Below, piece by piece: positions 7,249-16,920 of a DNA stretch of 22,168 bases. The notes beneath the pieces are model-generated. The model was not told the DNA's origin. It made no database searches and worked only from the letters and a program-made list of their open reading frames with translations. The translations under genes and the position numbers were made by a program. Position 1 is the stretch's first letter. Each line of letters opens with the position of its first letter. Source of the DNA: a virus (lineage: Duplodnaviria > Heunggongvirae > Uroviricota > Caudoviricetes); IMG/VR virus record IMGVR_UViG_3300024346_000025, positions 71,197 to 93,364 of that record, one strand, 5' to 3'.

Positions 7249-8982
7249 ATGTCGTGGACTAAGTTTTTTCAACCAGCTAACTCAGTAATGCCAGTGCAAA
7301 ATACGGGCGGTACTTCGATGGCATCATCTGTGAGCAAGTTTAGCTCATGGCTACCTGAATTTTACCAAGGACCACCTAATCGTCTTATGCGCTATATGCA
7401 GTATGAGCAGATGGACCTTGACCACGAAGTTTGCGCAGCACTAGACACAATTGCTGATTTCTCAACTCACCTCGATGAAAATACAAAAGTTCCATTCAAG
7501 GTAGTTTATCTCGATGAAGCGACCCCAACTGAAATACAGATCATAGATGAATCACTAAAGCAGTGGTCAAATCTAAATGAATTTTCAAAGCGCATGTGGC
7601 GTATGTTCCGTTCTACACTTATGTACGGGGACCAATTCCTCATTCGTGATCCTGAGACCTTTAAGCTATACTGGGTTGACCCTTCGACCGTAGAGAAGGT
7701 GTTGGTCAACGAAAGTGAAGGCAAGAAAATCGAAATTTATTATGCAAGGGAACTAGATCTAAATCTACAGTCCCTTACAGCAACGAATACAATGAAGAAG
7801 ACTGAAATGGGCTACAATGCTCAAGACACAATCTTCCCTAACGCACCTTATAGCGGTCAAGCAAATTATTCCTCAGGATCATCTTACGGCAATGTAATGG
7901 CGACTGGTAGCAACCAGTCACAACAACCAGCAGCACCTGTAGACGCAGAACACGTTGTTCATTTATCACTCTCAGAAGGCATGAACAACTCCTGGCCCTT
8001 CGGCATTAGTATACTTGAGGCAGTGTTTAAGGTATACAAGCAAAAAGAATTGCTAGAAGATTCGATCCTAATTTATCGTGTTCACCGTGCCCCAGAACGT
8101 AGAATATTTTATATTGACGTAGGTACAATGCCACCAAATAAGGCAGCACAATACTTAGAGCGTGTACGTTATGAGGTGCAGCAGAAGCGCATACCATCAC
8201 GTACAGGTGGCGGACAAAATATCTCAGACGCAGCGTATAATCCAATGTCGATGCTTGAAGATTACTACTTTGCAACGACAGCAGATGGTCGCGGATCAAA
8301 AGTGGAAACACTACCTGGCGGCGAAGGCTTAGGTCAAATTGACGATCTAAAATACTTTAATAATAAGATGCTACGTGGCCTAGGTGTTCCTTCGGGCTAC
8401 CTACCAACAGGACCAGATGACGGTTCTAATGCATACAATGACGGTCGTATTGGTTCAGCATTTATACAAGAGTTCAGATTTTCTAGAACCTGTCAGCGTT
8501 ATCAGCGTATGCTTGCTCCAGTGTTTGACGAAGAATTCAAATTATTCCTAAAACATAGAGGCGTTACAATTGACACCTCAATTTTTGAACTCGAATTCAT
8601 GGAGCCGCAAAACTTCTCAGAGTACAGGGAAATCGAGCTATACACACAACGCGCTGGCCTATTTAATAGCGTTAAAGACGTACCATTTATTTCCAAGCGT
8701 TTTGCTCTCAAGCGATTCTTAGGAATGGATGAGGACGAAATGGCTGAGAATGAGCGCATGTGGCGTGAAGAGCAAGACGTTGAGCATTTGACACAGGACG
8801 ATCAGGCTAGCTCAGATTTACGTTCGGTCGGTGTTGGCGCCCCAGGCGGAGAATTTGACTTTGAAATGGGCGATGAAGGCGAAGGTGATGAAGGCGACAT
8901 GGGCGGCGAAGAGTTTGCAGATATCGGCGGCGAAGAAGGCGGCGGCGAACCTGCAGGCGGACCTGGCGGCGAACAACTATAA
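7249..8982 (+). CDS. gp20: Portal vertex protein, T4 gp20-like
   Basis: LEDSILIYRVHRAPERRIFYIDVG, MLEDYY, TLPGG..LGQIDDLKYFNNKMLRGL; acidic Gly-rich C-terminal tail. Confidence 0.95.
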   Translation: MSWTKFFQPANSVMPVQNTGGTSMASSVSKFSSWLPEFYQGPPNRLMRYMQYEQMDLDHEVCAALDTIADFSTHLDENTKVPFKVVYLDEATPTEIQIIDESLKQWSNLNEFSKRMWRMFRSTLMYGDQFLIRDPETFKLYWVDPSTVEKVLVNESEGKKIEIYYARELDLNLQSLTATNTMKKTEMGYNAQDTIFPNAPYSGQANYSSGSSYGNVMATGSNQSQQPAAPVDAEHVVHLSLSEGMNNSWPFGISILEAVFKVYKQKELLEDSILIYRVHRAPERRIFYIDVGTMPPNKAAQYLERVRYEVQQKRIPSRTGGGQNISDAAYNPMSMLEDYYFATTADGRGSKVETLPGGEGLGQIDDLKYFNNKMLRGLGVPSGYLPTGPDDGSNAYNDGRIGSAFIQEFRFSRTCQRYQRMLAPVFDEEFKLFLKHRGVTIDTSIFELEFMEPQNFSEYREIELYTQRAGLFNSVKDVPFISKRFALKRFLGMDEDEMAENERMWREEQDVEHLTQDDQASSDLRSVGVGAPGGEFDFEMGDEGEGDEGDMGGEEFADIGGEEGGGEPAGGPGGEQL

Positions 8983-8984
8983 AA

Positions 8985-8992
8985 GATAAATA
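8985..8992 (+). promoter_or_regulatory. Late-promoter-like GATAAATA, 5 nt before ATG (leaderless arrangement)
   Basis: GATAAATA-atact-ATG; no Shine-Dalgarno. Confidence 0.6.
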
Positions 8993-8997
8993 ATACT

Positions 8998-9219
8998 ATG
9001 GACCTACGTAAATTCTTATTGAATGAAAATTATTTCCCGGAAGATGACGAGCGGAATAAAACTGAGATATCAGACACGCGCCGCCCTCGGTTAACATTAC
9101 GCCACTTAAACAAACTGCGTAAAATCCGCGAACTACGTAAACTAGAAATGTCGGCTCAAAAAGACTTTGTTAAGCGTATGTATGGTGCATCACCAGAAGA
9201 CGACGGCGGCGGATTTTAA
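8998..9219 (+). CDS. Small basic head-associated hypothetical protein (possible prohead core component)
   Basis: 73 aa between portal and the acidic core protein; DTRRPRLTLRHLNKLRK motif. Confidence 0.7.
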   Translation: MDLRKFLLNENYFPEDDERNKTEISDTRRPRLTLRHLNKLRKIRELRKLEMSAQKDFVKRMYGASPEDDGGGF

Positions 9220-9375
9220 AACGCTGTTTTAACTAGCATTCCTTTTTGCTAAATACATTTAGTGCTAAAAACGACCGTTTTTGGTGCATAATCCTACTCT
9301 TTTTCTCTCATCTGTTAAATATAGGTGTAATACTTTGCAATATTGCCTATTTAATTTAACAAGGAGAAATTAAAG

Positions 9376-10230
9376 ATGTCACATCGCCAAAAGCTTGAGC
9401 AGGTCCTAGATCTGTTGATCAACGAAGAGACTGATGCGGCTTCCGAAATTCTACATTCCTTAATCGTCGAAAAAGCTCGTACAATGTACGAAGAGCTAGT
9501 AGACGAGGATTTTGGTGGGGACGAGAAAGAAGACTTTGCAGATGAAATTGAATCTGACAAGGACGAAATCGAAGCCGACGAAATCTATGATGATGAGGAA
9601 GTAGACGACGAAGCAGCCTTAGACGACGAAGGATTTGAAGACGAAGAAGGTGGAGAAGAAGAGATTGAAGACCGTGTTGAAGACCTAGAAGCAAGGTTCG
9701 CAGAACTAAGCGCAGAATTTGAAGCCCTAGTAGGCGACGAAGAAGGTCTTGAAGACGAAGGATTTGAAGACGAAGGTGAAGAAGGATTTGAAGACGAAGG
9801 TGACTTCGGCGACGAAGACGAATTCGCAGCAGACGACGAAGGCTTTGAAGAAGAGGATTTTGATGATCTTGAAGAAGCAACAAAGCTTCAGGATGAAGTC
9901 CCTTCCCCAGGCATGGATAAAGAAGGCAAATTTTCCGGTACAGGCAAAAATTCCAAGATTGGCGCAACTAATGTAAACGCTCCATTCTCACGTCCAACAC
10001 GCAAAGCAGACCACGGCGGCAAGCCAGTGCAAGCTAAGGGTGGCGACGAGTCAGGTTTCAAAGCTGGTCAAGGTAAAGAAAGCACACCTAGCGATAACAT
10101 TGATGCACCACAGAAGAAGCAGACTGCAAAGTCTGACGGCTTCGCTGGCACTGATAAGGGTTCGAAAAAGGGCGCAGTTAATCCAAAGAGCCCACTAGGT
10201 TCAGCGGGTTCACCAAAGGGTGCAAGCTAA
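9376..10230 (+). CDS. Acidic prohead core / internal head protein (gp67/68-like by position)
   Basis: Strong AAGGAG SD; very D/E-rich middle and K/G-rich low-complexity C-terminus; lies directly before the protease. Confidence 0.65.
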   Translation: MSHRQKLEQVLDLLINEETDAASEILHSLIVEKARTMYEELVDEDFGGDEKEDFADEIESDKDEIEADEIYDDEEVDDEAALDDEGFEDEEGGEEEIEDRVEDLEARFAELSAEFEALVGDEEGLEDEGFEDEGEEGFEDEGDFGDEDEFAADDEGFEEEDFDDLEEATKLQDEVPSPGMDKEGKFSGTGKNSKIGATNVNAPFSRPTRKADHGGKPVQAKGGDESGFKAGQGKESTPSDNIDAPQKKQTAKSDGFAGTDKGSKKGAVNPKSPLGSAGSPKGAS

Positions 10231-10254
10231 CTTAACAGTGTGTAGGAAAGGATA

Positions 10255-10872
10255 ATGTCAAATAAATTATATGAATTTATGTCGTTCGATAAGGCTAACA
10301 TAGTCTTAGAATCGAGTGGAAAAGACCTTTTTATGAAGGGAATTTTCATCCAAGGCGATGTAAAAAATCAGAATCAAAGAGTATATCCTTTAAACGAAAT
10401 TAATAAGGCAGTTGTCCAAATTAATGAGCGTATAAAGACGGGAGAAACCGTTCTTGGCGAATTAGACCATCCAGAGGAACTTTCCATCAACCTAGATCGC
10501 GTGAGTCACATCATCGAAACTATGTGGATGGAAGGTGCCGATGGGCATGGTAAGCTAAAGATTATCCCAACACCCACTGGCAATATTGTAAGAACGTTGT
10601 TAGAAGCTGGCGCAAAACTAGGCGTTAGCTCTCGCGGTTCAGGTAATGTAGGAAATTCTGGCGGAGTAAGTGACTTTGAGATCGTTACGGTCGATATAGT
10701 TGCGCAACCATCAGCACCTAATGCATATCCAAAGACCATTTATGAGAGCTTGTTTAATATGCGCGGCGGGCAAACAATGTATGATCTTGCAGTAGACGCT
10801 ACACATAGTGAAGTTGCAAAAAGGTATCTTGCAAAGGATATCGCAAAATTTATTAAAGAATTAAAGATATAA
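10255..10872 (+). CDS. gp21: Prohead core protease, T4 gp21-like
   Basis: KGIFIQGDVKNQNQRVY, GELDHP, LGVSSRGSG, DIVAQPSAPNAY. Confidence 0.95.
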   Translation: MSNKLYEFMSFDKANIVLESSGKDLFMKGIFIQGDVKNQNQRVYPLNEINKAVVQINERIKTGETVLGELDHPEELSINLDRVSHIIETMWMEGADGHGKLKIIPTPTGNIVRTLLEAGAKLGVSSRGSGNVGNSGGVSDFEIVTVDIVAQPSAPNAYPKTIYESLFNMRGGQTMYDLAVDATHSEVAKRYLAKDIAKFIKELKI

Positions 10873-10884
10873 GGAGAACGACAC

Positions 10885-12009
10885 ATGAGAAAGTTCGAAG
10901 ATATCCTAGCAGAAGACCTAAAGCTTCCAGAAGAGGCAAGGGTTTCTATTCAGGAGGCGTGGTCCGCCAGGCTTGCTGAAGCGAAGGAAGAAGTTACCGC
11001 CGAGCTTCGTGAAGAGTTTGCCCAAAAGTTTGAGCATGACAAGTCTGTTATGATCGAATCAGTAGACAAATTTCTAAATGATAAAGTCCGTTCTGAGATG
11101 GAAGAATTCGCCACTGACAAAAAGGCGCTTGCAGAAGAGAGAGTCGTGTATAAGGCCCGTGTTGCAGAACACATTAAGGTCTTAGAAAAGTTCTTAACAG
11201 CAACTCTTGCAAAAGAGGTTAAGGAATTGCGCGAAGATCGTAACAAGCAGGCAGCAAACGTCAGCAAGCTAGAAGGTTTCGTACTGAAGCAACTAGCTGA
11301 AGAGGTAAAAGAATTCCACTCAGACAAGAAGACCCTTGCTGAACAGCGAGTAAAAATCATTCGCGAAGGCAAGAAAGAACTAGCAGAGACAAAAGCACAG
11401 TTTGTTAAGAAGGCTGCAAAGCTTATCGAAAAGCAAATTAATTCTACACTAGCCAACGAGATTAAGTCTTTCCGTAAAGACATTCGTGAAGCCCGTGAGA
11501 ACGACTTTGGTCGTAGGATCTTTGAAAGTTTTGTAACAGAGTATATGGGCTCCCACCTCAATGAGGCAGGCGAAATTGCTAAGTTGCAGAAGCAGACTAA
11601 GATGCTAGAAGCGAAGTTAGAAGAAGCTACTGTAATAGTAGCAAAAGAAAAACAACTCACAGAGTCAGTAGAGCGTAAGTTGGCTGCTACACAGGATCGC
11701 GTTACTCGTGACAAGAAATTGAACGAGCTACTAAGTCCTCTAGGTAAGCAACAGCGCGAAGTGATGTCAGAGTTACTGCAAACTGTTAAGACCGACAAAC
11801 TGGATGAGGGCTTTAAAAAGTACCTACCAGCCGTGCTTAACGAAAAGAAGGCAACACAGACAGTTACAGAACGTAGACCGCTGAAAGAATCAGTAAGAAC
11901 TACAAAGACTGGAGATAGAAGGGCTAATCCTGCCCAACAGCAGGAGGATGACTCCCTGGCTGTAGAAATTGGCGAGCTAAGAAAATTAGCCGGCATTAAT
12001 AACAAGTAA
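10885..12009 (+). CDS. gp22: Prohead core scaffold protein, T4 gp22-like
   Basis: Long coiled-coil E/K-rich protein between protease and major capsid protein; AAGGAG SD. Confidence 0.85.
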   Translation: MRKFEDILAEDLKLPEEARVSIQEAWSARLAEAKEEVTAELREEFAQKFEHDKSVMIESVDKFLNDKVRSEMEEFATDKKALAEERVVYKARVAEHIKVLEKFLTATLAKEVKELREDRNKQAANVSKLEGFVLKQLAEEVKEFHSDKKTLAEQRVKIIREGKKELAETKAQFVKKAAKLIEKQINSTLANEIKSFRKDIREARENDFGRRIFESFVTEYMGSHLNEAGEIAKLQKQTKMLEAKLEEATVIVAKEKQLTESVERKLAATQDRVTRDKKLNELLSPLGKQQREVMSELLQTVKTDKLDEGFKKYLPAVLNEKKATQTVTERRPLKESVRTTKTGDRRANPAQQQEDDSLAVEIGELRKLAGINNK

Positions 12010-12031
12010 TTTTAAAGTAAGGAGAAAACTA

Positions 12032-13201
12032 ATGGCCAATAAGCTATTTGAAAACAAGTGGGGTGCTACTAAAGAAGCCCTTATGGAAGGTCTTTCCGGT
12101 TCCCGCCGCGAGACAATGGGTGTTGTCCTTGAGAACACTCGCAGGCATTTGACAGAATCAGCAACAGCTGGTGCTACAGGTGCTGGTAACATTGCAACAT
12201 TGAATAAGGTTATGCTTCCGCTAATCCGTCGTGTTATGCCTACTGTTATCGCTAACGAAATCCTAGGCGTACAGCCTATGACTGGCCCTGTTGGTCAGAT
12301 TCACACCTTGCGTGTGCGTTATGCTGATACAGCATCTGGTGTAACCGCTGGTACAGAAGCACTATCCCCGTTTGATATTGCTCGTGCATACTCCGGTAAC
12401 GAAGTATCTAACGCAGCAGGTTCCCGTGCAGCTTCTACAGCAGCATTGGAAGGTGCAGCTGGTAACCGTCTAAGCATCCAAATCTTGAAAGAGACAGTAG
12501 AAGCTAAGACACGTAAGTTATCTGCACGTTGGACTTTTGAAGCCGCACAGGATGCATCCGCAGTTCACGGTATCGACATTGAAGCTGAAATCATGCAGGC
12601 ACTAGCCCAAGAGATCACAGTTGAAATCGACCAGGAAATGCTAAACAACCTACGCGCACTATCTGGTGCAGCCGCAGCTACATACGACCAGACAGCAGTG
12701 TCCGGTACAGCTACATACGTTGGTGACGAACATGCTGCTCTAGCAGTAATGATCAACCAACAGGCTAACCTAGTTGCTTCACGCACACGTCGTGGCGCAG
12801 CTAACTGGTGTGTTGTTTCCCCAACTGCATTGACCGTATTGCAGTCGGCTACAACTTCATCGTTTGCACGTACAACTGAAGGTACATTTGAAGCACCAAC
12901 TAACACCAAGTTAGTAGGTACACTGAACAACAGCATGAGAGTGTTTGTTGACCAGTATGCAGCAGATGATACAGTCCTACTAGGCTATAAGGGCCCAACA
13001 GAGACAGATGCAGCGGCGTTCTACTGCCCATACATCCCTCTAATGAGCACCGGACCAGTAATGGATCCATCAACCTTTGAGCCAGTGGTCAGCTTCATGA
13101 CACGTTATGGTTACCAGGAGCTAACTAACACAGCTAACTCCCTAGGTAATGCTGCTGACTACCTATCACAGGTTGCTGTGACAGGTCTAACGTTCTATTA
13201 A
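12032..13201 (+). CDS. gp23: Major capsid protein, T4 gp23-like
   Basis: LIRRVMPTVIANEILGVQPMTGPVGQI, TRKLSARWTFEAAQD, EIDQEM, FYCPYIPL, TRYG. Confidence 0.97.
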   Translation: MANKLFENKWGATKEALMEGLSGSRRETMGVVLENTRRHLTESATAGATGAGNIATLNKVMLPLIRRVMPTVIANEILGVQPMTGPVGQIHTLRVRYADTASGVTAGTEALSPFDIARAYSGNEVSNAAGSRAASTAALEGAAGNRLSIQILKETVEAKTRKLSARWTFEAAQDASAVHGIDIEAEIMQALAQEITVEIDQEMLNNLRALSGAAAATYDQTAVSGTATYVGDEHAALAVMINQQANLVASRTRRGAANWCVVSPTALTVLQSATTSSFARTTEGTFEAPTNTKLVGTLNNSMRVFVDQYAADDTVLLGYKGPTETDAAAFYCPYIPLMSTGPVMDPSTFEPVVSFMTRYGYQELTNTANSLGNAADYLSQVAVTGLTFY

Positions 13202-13225
13202 AATAGAGCAATAGAAAGCAAAGTG

Positions 13226-13253
13226 AGAAAGGGGCGCAAGCCCCTTTCTTTTT
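13226..13253 (+). terminator. Rho-independent terminator after the major capsid gene
   Basis: AGAAAGGGGC-gcaa-GCCCCTTTCT followed by a T-run. Confidence 0.9.
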
Positions 13254-13280
13254 GTCTCAAAGAAAATCCACTGTATTCTT

Positions 13281-13288
13281 GATAAATA
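13281..13288 (+). promoter_or_regulatory. Late-promoter-like GATAAATA, 5 nt before ATG (leaderless arrangement)
   Basis: GATAAATA-cttgt-ATG(13294). Confidence 0.6.
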
Positions 13289-13293
13289 CTTGT

Positions 13294-13944
13294 ATGACAT
13301 ACAAAAAAATTCAAACTGGGGATTATACTGTTGACGTAGGTAGCGGCAATTTTGAGGTTGCTGGTACTACAGGATCAGTAGTTTTAGATACATCTAGCAC
13401 AACCACACAACGCACATTTACATTTCCTGATCTTGCAGGTACTGTATTGACAACTACAGCAGGAACAGCGTTAACTGCAACAACAGCGACTAATGTAACT
13501 ATTACAGATGATACATCAACAAGTGCTGTAATGTATCCAACGTGGGTAACTGCTAATACAGGTAATTTACCAACATACACAACAAGCACAAAACTATCAT
13601 TCAATCCATCCACAGGTGTATTGTCTTCAACTTCATTCCTAAGTTCCACAGCAGCAGGTCTAACAGCAGATGCAGGATCAGCACAAGGTAATGGCGTAAT
13701 AACCTCAACATATAATATTTATAGTACAGTAGCTACTACAGGTGACGCAGCGACATTACCGGCGACATTTGCGGTTGGCACAATTATTTATATTAAGAAT
13801 GACGGTGCAAATAGCATGGATGTATTCCCAGCGTCAGGAGATGATGCGGGAGCAGGTGCAGATACTGCGGTTGCTATTGCGGCTGGAGTAGGTGCTGCAT
13901 TTATTGGTACTACTGCCGATGCAGTATGGACACAACTGTACTAA
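13294..13944 (+). CDS. Thr/Ala-rich virion fibre or decoration protein
   Basis: Fibre-shaft-like TDDTSTSAVMYPTWVT..STKLSFNPSTG and a C-terminal LPATFAVGTIIYIKNDG domain. ATG 13294 is preferred because TTG 13252 lies inside the terminator. Confidence 0.6.
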   Translation: MTYKKIQTGDYTVDVGSGNFEVAGTTGSVVLDTSSTTTQRTFTFPDLAGTVLTTTAGTALTATTATNVTITDDTSTSAVMYPTWVTANTGNLPTYTTSTKLSFNPSTGVLSSTSFLSSTAAGLTADAGSAQGNGVITSTYNIYSTVATTGDAATLPATFAVGTIIYIKNDGANSMDVFPASGDDAGAGADTAVAIAAGVGAAFIGTTADAVWTQLY

Positions 13945-14373
13945 TTACTGGTGTTGCCCCAAAATAATTTCTAATAACGCAAGTGCCTTTTGCGTACAGA
14001 GGCTATTACGTGCGCCTTGGTGCATGGGTTTCGGCCACTGACCTAATTTTATCCAGCAATACCCCACCGCCTCTTTATTAATTTTTGGGATAAACTCCTC
14101 ACCAACAACGCATATAAACGTATAATAGCGGAAATTTTTGTCTCGACTCTCGTAAATATCAAAAGGATAAATTTTACTAATCTCAGGCACAAAACCCATT
14201 TCTTCTTCTAGTTCTCGCATGAGACAATCCTTCGGCGATTCTTCACCTTCAAGCATGCCTCCCCAGAGACTCCAGGTCATGTTATGTGTTTTATAGGGTG
14301 CGCGCAAATTGAGCAGGACACGGCCTGTCTTAGCACATAAGAAAAGGGCTCCCGACCCGCTTTTTTGATCCAT
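13945..14373 (-). CDS. Nudix hydrolase
   Basis: Nudix box GGMLEGEESPKDCLMRELEEEMG. Confidence 0.92.
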   Translation of the reverse strand: MDQKSGSGALFLCAKTGRVLLNLRAPYKTHNMTWSLWGGMLEGEESPKDCLMRELEEEMGFVPEISKIYPFDIYESRDKNFRYYTFICVVGEEFIPKINKEAVGYCWIKLGQWPKPMHQGARNSLCTQKALALLEIILGQHQ

Positions 14374-15764
14374 TACATTTCAATCCGAAAATAACCTGGA
14401 TTGTATTCTCCCAAATATGTGTATAACCATTGTGTACCATCAAATTTATAATGCTGACCGTCAGCAGTATTCACAACATAAGCAACCGTAGTCGTAGCAA
14501 CCGAATCAAACACCACAGACCACGTTGCACCATTGTATTGTATAATATCATTTTCGTATGCCACAACAGATCCCCACGGTCCAGTAGCATTTGCTGGTAT
14601 AGCGGGCTCCTCACCGGCTGTGTATCCGCCTAAAAGCATATAACGCTGTCCAGCAGCCGCAGCAGGTAGACCATTGCCTGGCCACACATTTTGGGGATCA
14701 ATAATGTCCAACACTGGTCCACCACTTATCGTAGTTGGCAAGCTATCTTGATCCACAACAAAGGTCGCTATATTACTTTCTGTGCTGCTAATCTCAAGCG
14801 AGCCTAAAATATCGCCAGACGTGTCTTCAATATCGTTTAACGTTTTCAACCGTAAATTTGTAGTCTCAGGATCAACACGCCCATACACTGAGAACAACGA
14901 CTCCCAGCTTAATGTAGGATCGCTATCACCTCCAGCGGTCAACAATTCAATCCTACTTGCAGTGGAAGATATTTCGCTCACCCCGATAAGATGATTTCCT
15001 GGCGTAATGATGATTTGGTCAAGCTCGGTGAAACAGTTGTGTAGCGGGTCAAGCAGATTTTTTAATTCATCTTTTGTTACGTCAAGATCAAACACCGACG
15101 CCACAATTTGCTCCACGATTTTGATCCGCTTAACTTTTGCTGGCGGATTCACAAACACAGGAACTTTAAATACCAGCGTTGCAAAATCATTGTCTAAGCT
15201 TGTCCCCGCAGGAACCGACCTACTGTTAAACTGTACTGACGTTAGCTCAATCTCAGTTATAGTAGTGAAGTCAAGTGGGTTATCGTTTGTTTGCAATTGT
15301 ATTGTAGGATTAAAAACTGTCAACAACTGCTCCAGTATTTGTAACTTCTCAGTCGTATTCGTAGTCCATATATCAAGGTTCATGGTCAAGTTATATGGTA
15401 CTGGCATGTAGCTCTCAATTGTATAACGGTTACCCATTTCAGATGAATATTCACCGTTTTGCGTATCCCATTTACGCTCTGCAATTGACTGAGGGTGTAC
15501 GTGCTGTGGTGCAAACCTACGTTCAGGAGCAATCTCCACACCAGTGATATATGCTGCCATTGCAGGCGCAGTGAGAGCAGTATTTTGTGAATTGCTACGA
15601 AGAATTTGCGCGACCATGCGGTTCATATCACCGTATGTAATTGGCACACGCTTCTGCACACGTAGACCATTTTCGTCCACAGGCAGTTCAATTTTCAGAT
15701 CCGCAAAAATGCGTATAAACTGTAAAATGTAGCGTCTAAACTGTTCGTCGTAGAAATAATCCAT
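14373..15764 (-). CDS. Tail sheath stabilizer / tail completion protein, T4 gp15-like, with C-terminal extension
   Basis: YFYDEQFRRYILQFIRIF, VPITYG, MPVPYNLTMNLDIWT..QILEQLLTVFNP. ATG 15764 (AGGT SD) is preferred over the ORF-track start at 15815. Confidence 0.75.
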   Translation of the reverse strand: MDYFYDEQFRRYILQFIRIFADLKIELPVDENGLRVQKRVPITYGDMNRMVAQILRSNSQNTALTAPAMAAYITGVEIAPERRFAPQHVHPQSIAERKWDTQNGEYSSEMGNRYTIESYMPVPYNLTMNLDIWTTNTTEKLQILEQLLTVFNPTIQLQTNDNPLDFTTITEIELTSVQFNSRSVPAGTSLDNDFATLVFKVPVFVNPPAKVKRIKIVEQIVASVFDLDVTKDELKNLLDPLHNCFTELDQIIITPGNHLIGVSEISSTASRIELLTAGGDSDPTLSWESLFSVYGRVDPETTNLRLKTLNDIEDTSGDILGSLEISSTESNIATFVVDQDSLPTTISGGPVLDIIDPQNVWPGNGLPAAAAGQRYMLLGGYTAGEEPAIPANATGPWGSVVAYENDIIQYNGATWSVVFDSVATTTVAYVVNTADGQHYKFDGTQWLYTYLGEYNPGYFRIEM

Positions 15765-15801
15765 TAATTGATACCTATCTTGTGTGGATTCGTAAAAGTA
15801 C

Positions 15802-16905
15802 TCATGCGATACCAACTTTCTGAACAGTCATTATAACTGATGGTACTGCTGGTCGAGCAGGACTAACACTCGCAGGTGCTGCAACTAACCGTCCAGCAAG
15901 ATTCGTCGTATACCACATAACTCGACCAATGTTACCCACATCCCATCTTCCGATACCATTCAAGACTAAAACTCGCGTGTCATTGTTTGATAAATCTTGT
16001 GTGACCCCTGAATTAGGAACATCAACGAAACCACTACCAGTATCTACTTGCATCCACGCGTGGATAGTAGATGAACCACCACCAGTATGTGCAAGCTGCA
16101 ACCCCACAGATATGCTATAAACACCCGAAATATCTATGGTAAATTCTGAGTTATTTACAGTAGTGCTATGAGTTAGATTTTCTATAAAATTATTTGTATC
16201 AAATTTCACTGGTGTTGCAGTATTAATGGTTTCAGCAGTTTGTGTGGCCGAGTGCGACGCAGATGCGAAGACAGTCGTTTGGTTGGAATGATTCTCTCTT
16301 TCAGGAGTAATAAGCAGATGCCCGTCCTCTTGAGAATCTAATACAATAGCAATTCGTATAGTTTCAATTGGTAACACAGGTCGTGTTGTTTGATACGCCC
16401 CCGCCACAGAGGAACTAACAAACAGATTGTCACCAGGTGCATAAGATCGAGTATCAAATCCATGCACTACACCGAACACCGTTATGTATCCTATCCCCGC
16501 AGCTAATATATCAGCTGTCGCTACTCCCAATATAATTGGTGTATTATTAGATGCAATAGCAGGTTCTACTGTTGGTAAATTCCCAGTTGCACCAGAAATG
16601 TATACAACCGTACCATCAGTAATAGTTGACACGGTATCATTATACACCCTGAGAATCATCTCCTGACCTATGTTTACAGTAACATCAGTATTTTCATTAT
16701 AGTATGAGAGCGTTTTCGTATTACTGTCGTAAAACACCAACCCTTCTTGGTGGCCTGGTCCTGTTTGCGGAATCAATTCCGGATTAAATGTTTTTGCACT
16801 AACAATCAGATCGCGCATATCTTGAGCAGTGATTGAATTAGGAGCTTGTCCATCCTGAAATACGTCTGTTAATAGATATGATTCTGTTCTTGGGGTATCT
16901 GCCAT
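15802..16905 (-). CDS. Virion structural protein with a cement-like middle domain and a C1q/BclA-C-like C-terminal beta-sandwich
   Basis: TITDGTVVYISG..LGVATADI..GYITVFGVV (DUF2190-like pattern); C-terminal TPVKFDT..EFTIDISGVYSISVGLQL. Confidence 0.5.
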   Translation of the reverse strand: MADTPRTESYLLTDVFQDGQAPNSITAQDMRDLIVSAKTFNPELIPQTGPGHQEGLVFYDSNTKTLSYYNENTDVTVNIGQEMILRVYNDTVSTITDGTVVYISGATGNLPTVEPAIASNNTPIILGVATADILAAGIGYITVFGVVHGFDTRSYAPGDNLFVSSSVAGAYQTTRPVLPIETIRIAIVLDSQEDGHLLITPERENHSNQTTVFASASHSATQTAETINTATPVKFDTNNFIENLTHSTTVNNSEFTIDISGVYSISVGLQLAHTGGGSSTIHAWMQVDTGSGFVDVPNSGVTQDLSNNDTRVLVLNGIGRWDVGNIGRVMWYTTNLAGRLVAAPASVSPARPAVPSVIMTVQKVGIA

Positions 16906-16920
16906 TTTTAGTTTCCTATT

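Noticed and set aside
10950-12005. 351-aa antisense ORF over the scaffold gene (and similar antisense ORFs over gp46, tape measure and MCP)
   Set aside because: S/L/F-rich mirror translations expected from the codon bias of the sense gene.
13252-13293. N-terminal extension of the fibre-like gene from TTG 13252
   Set aside because: It lies within the terminator T-run and upstream of the promoter box; ATG 13294 fits better.
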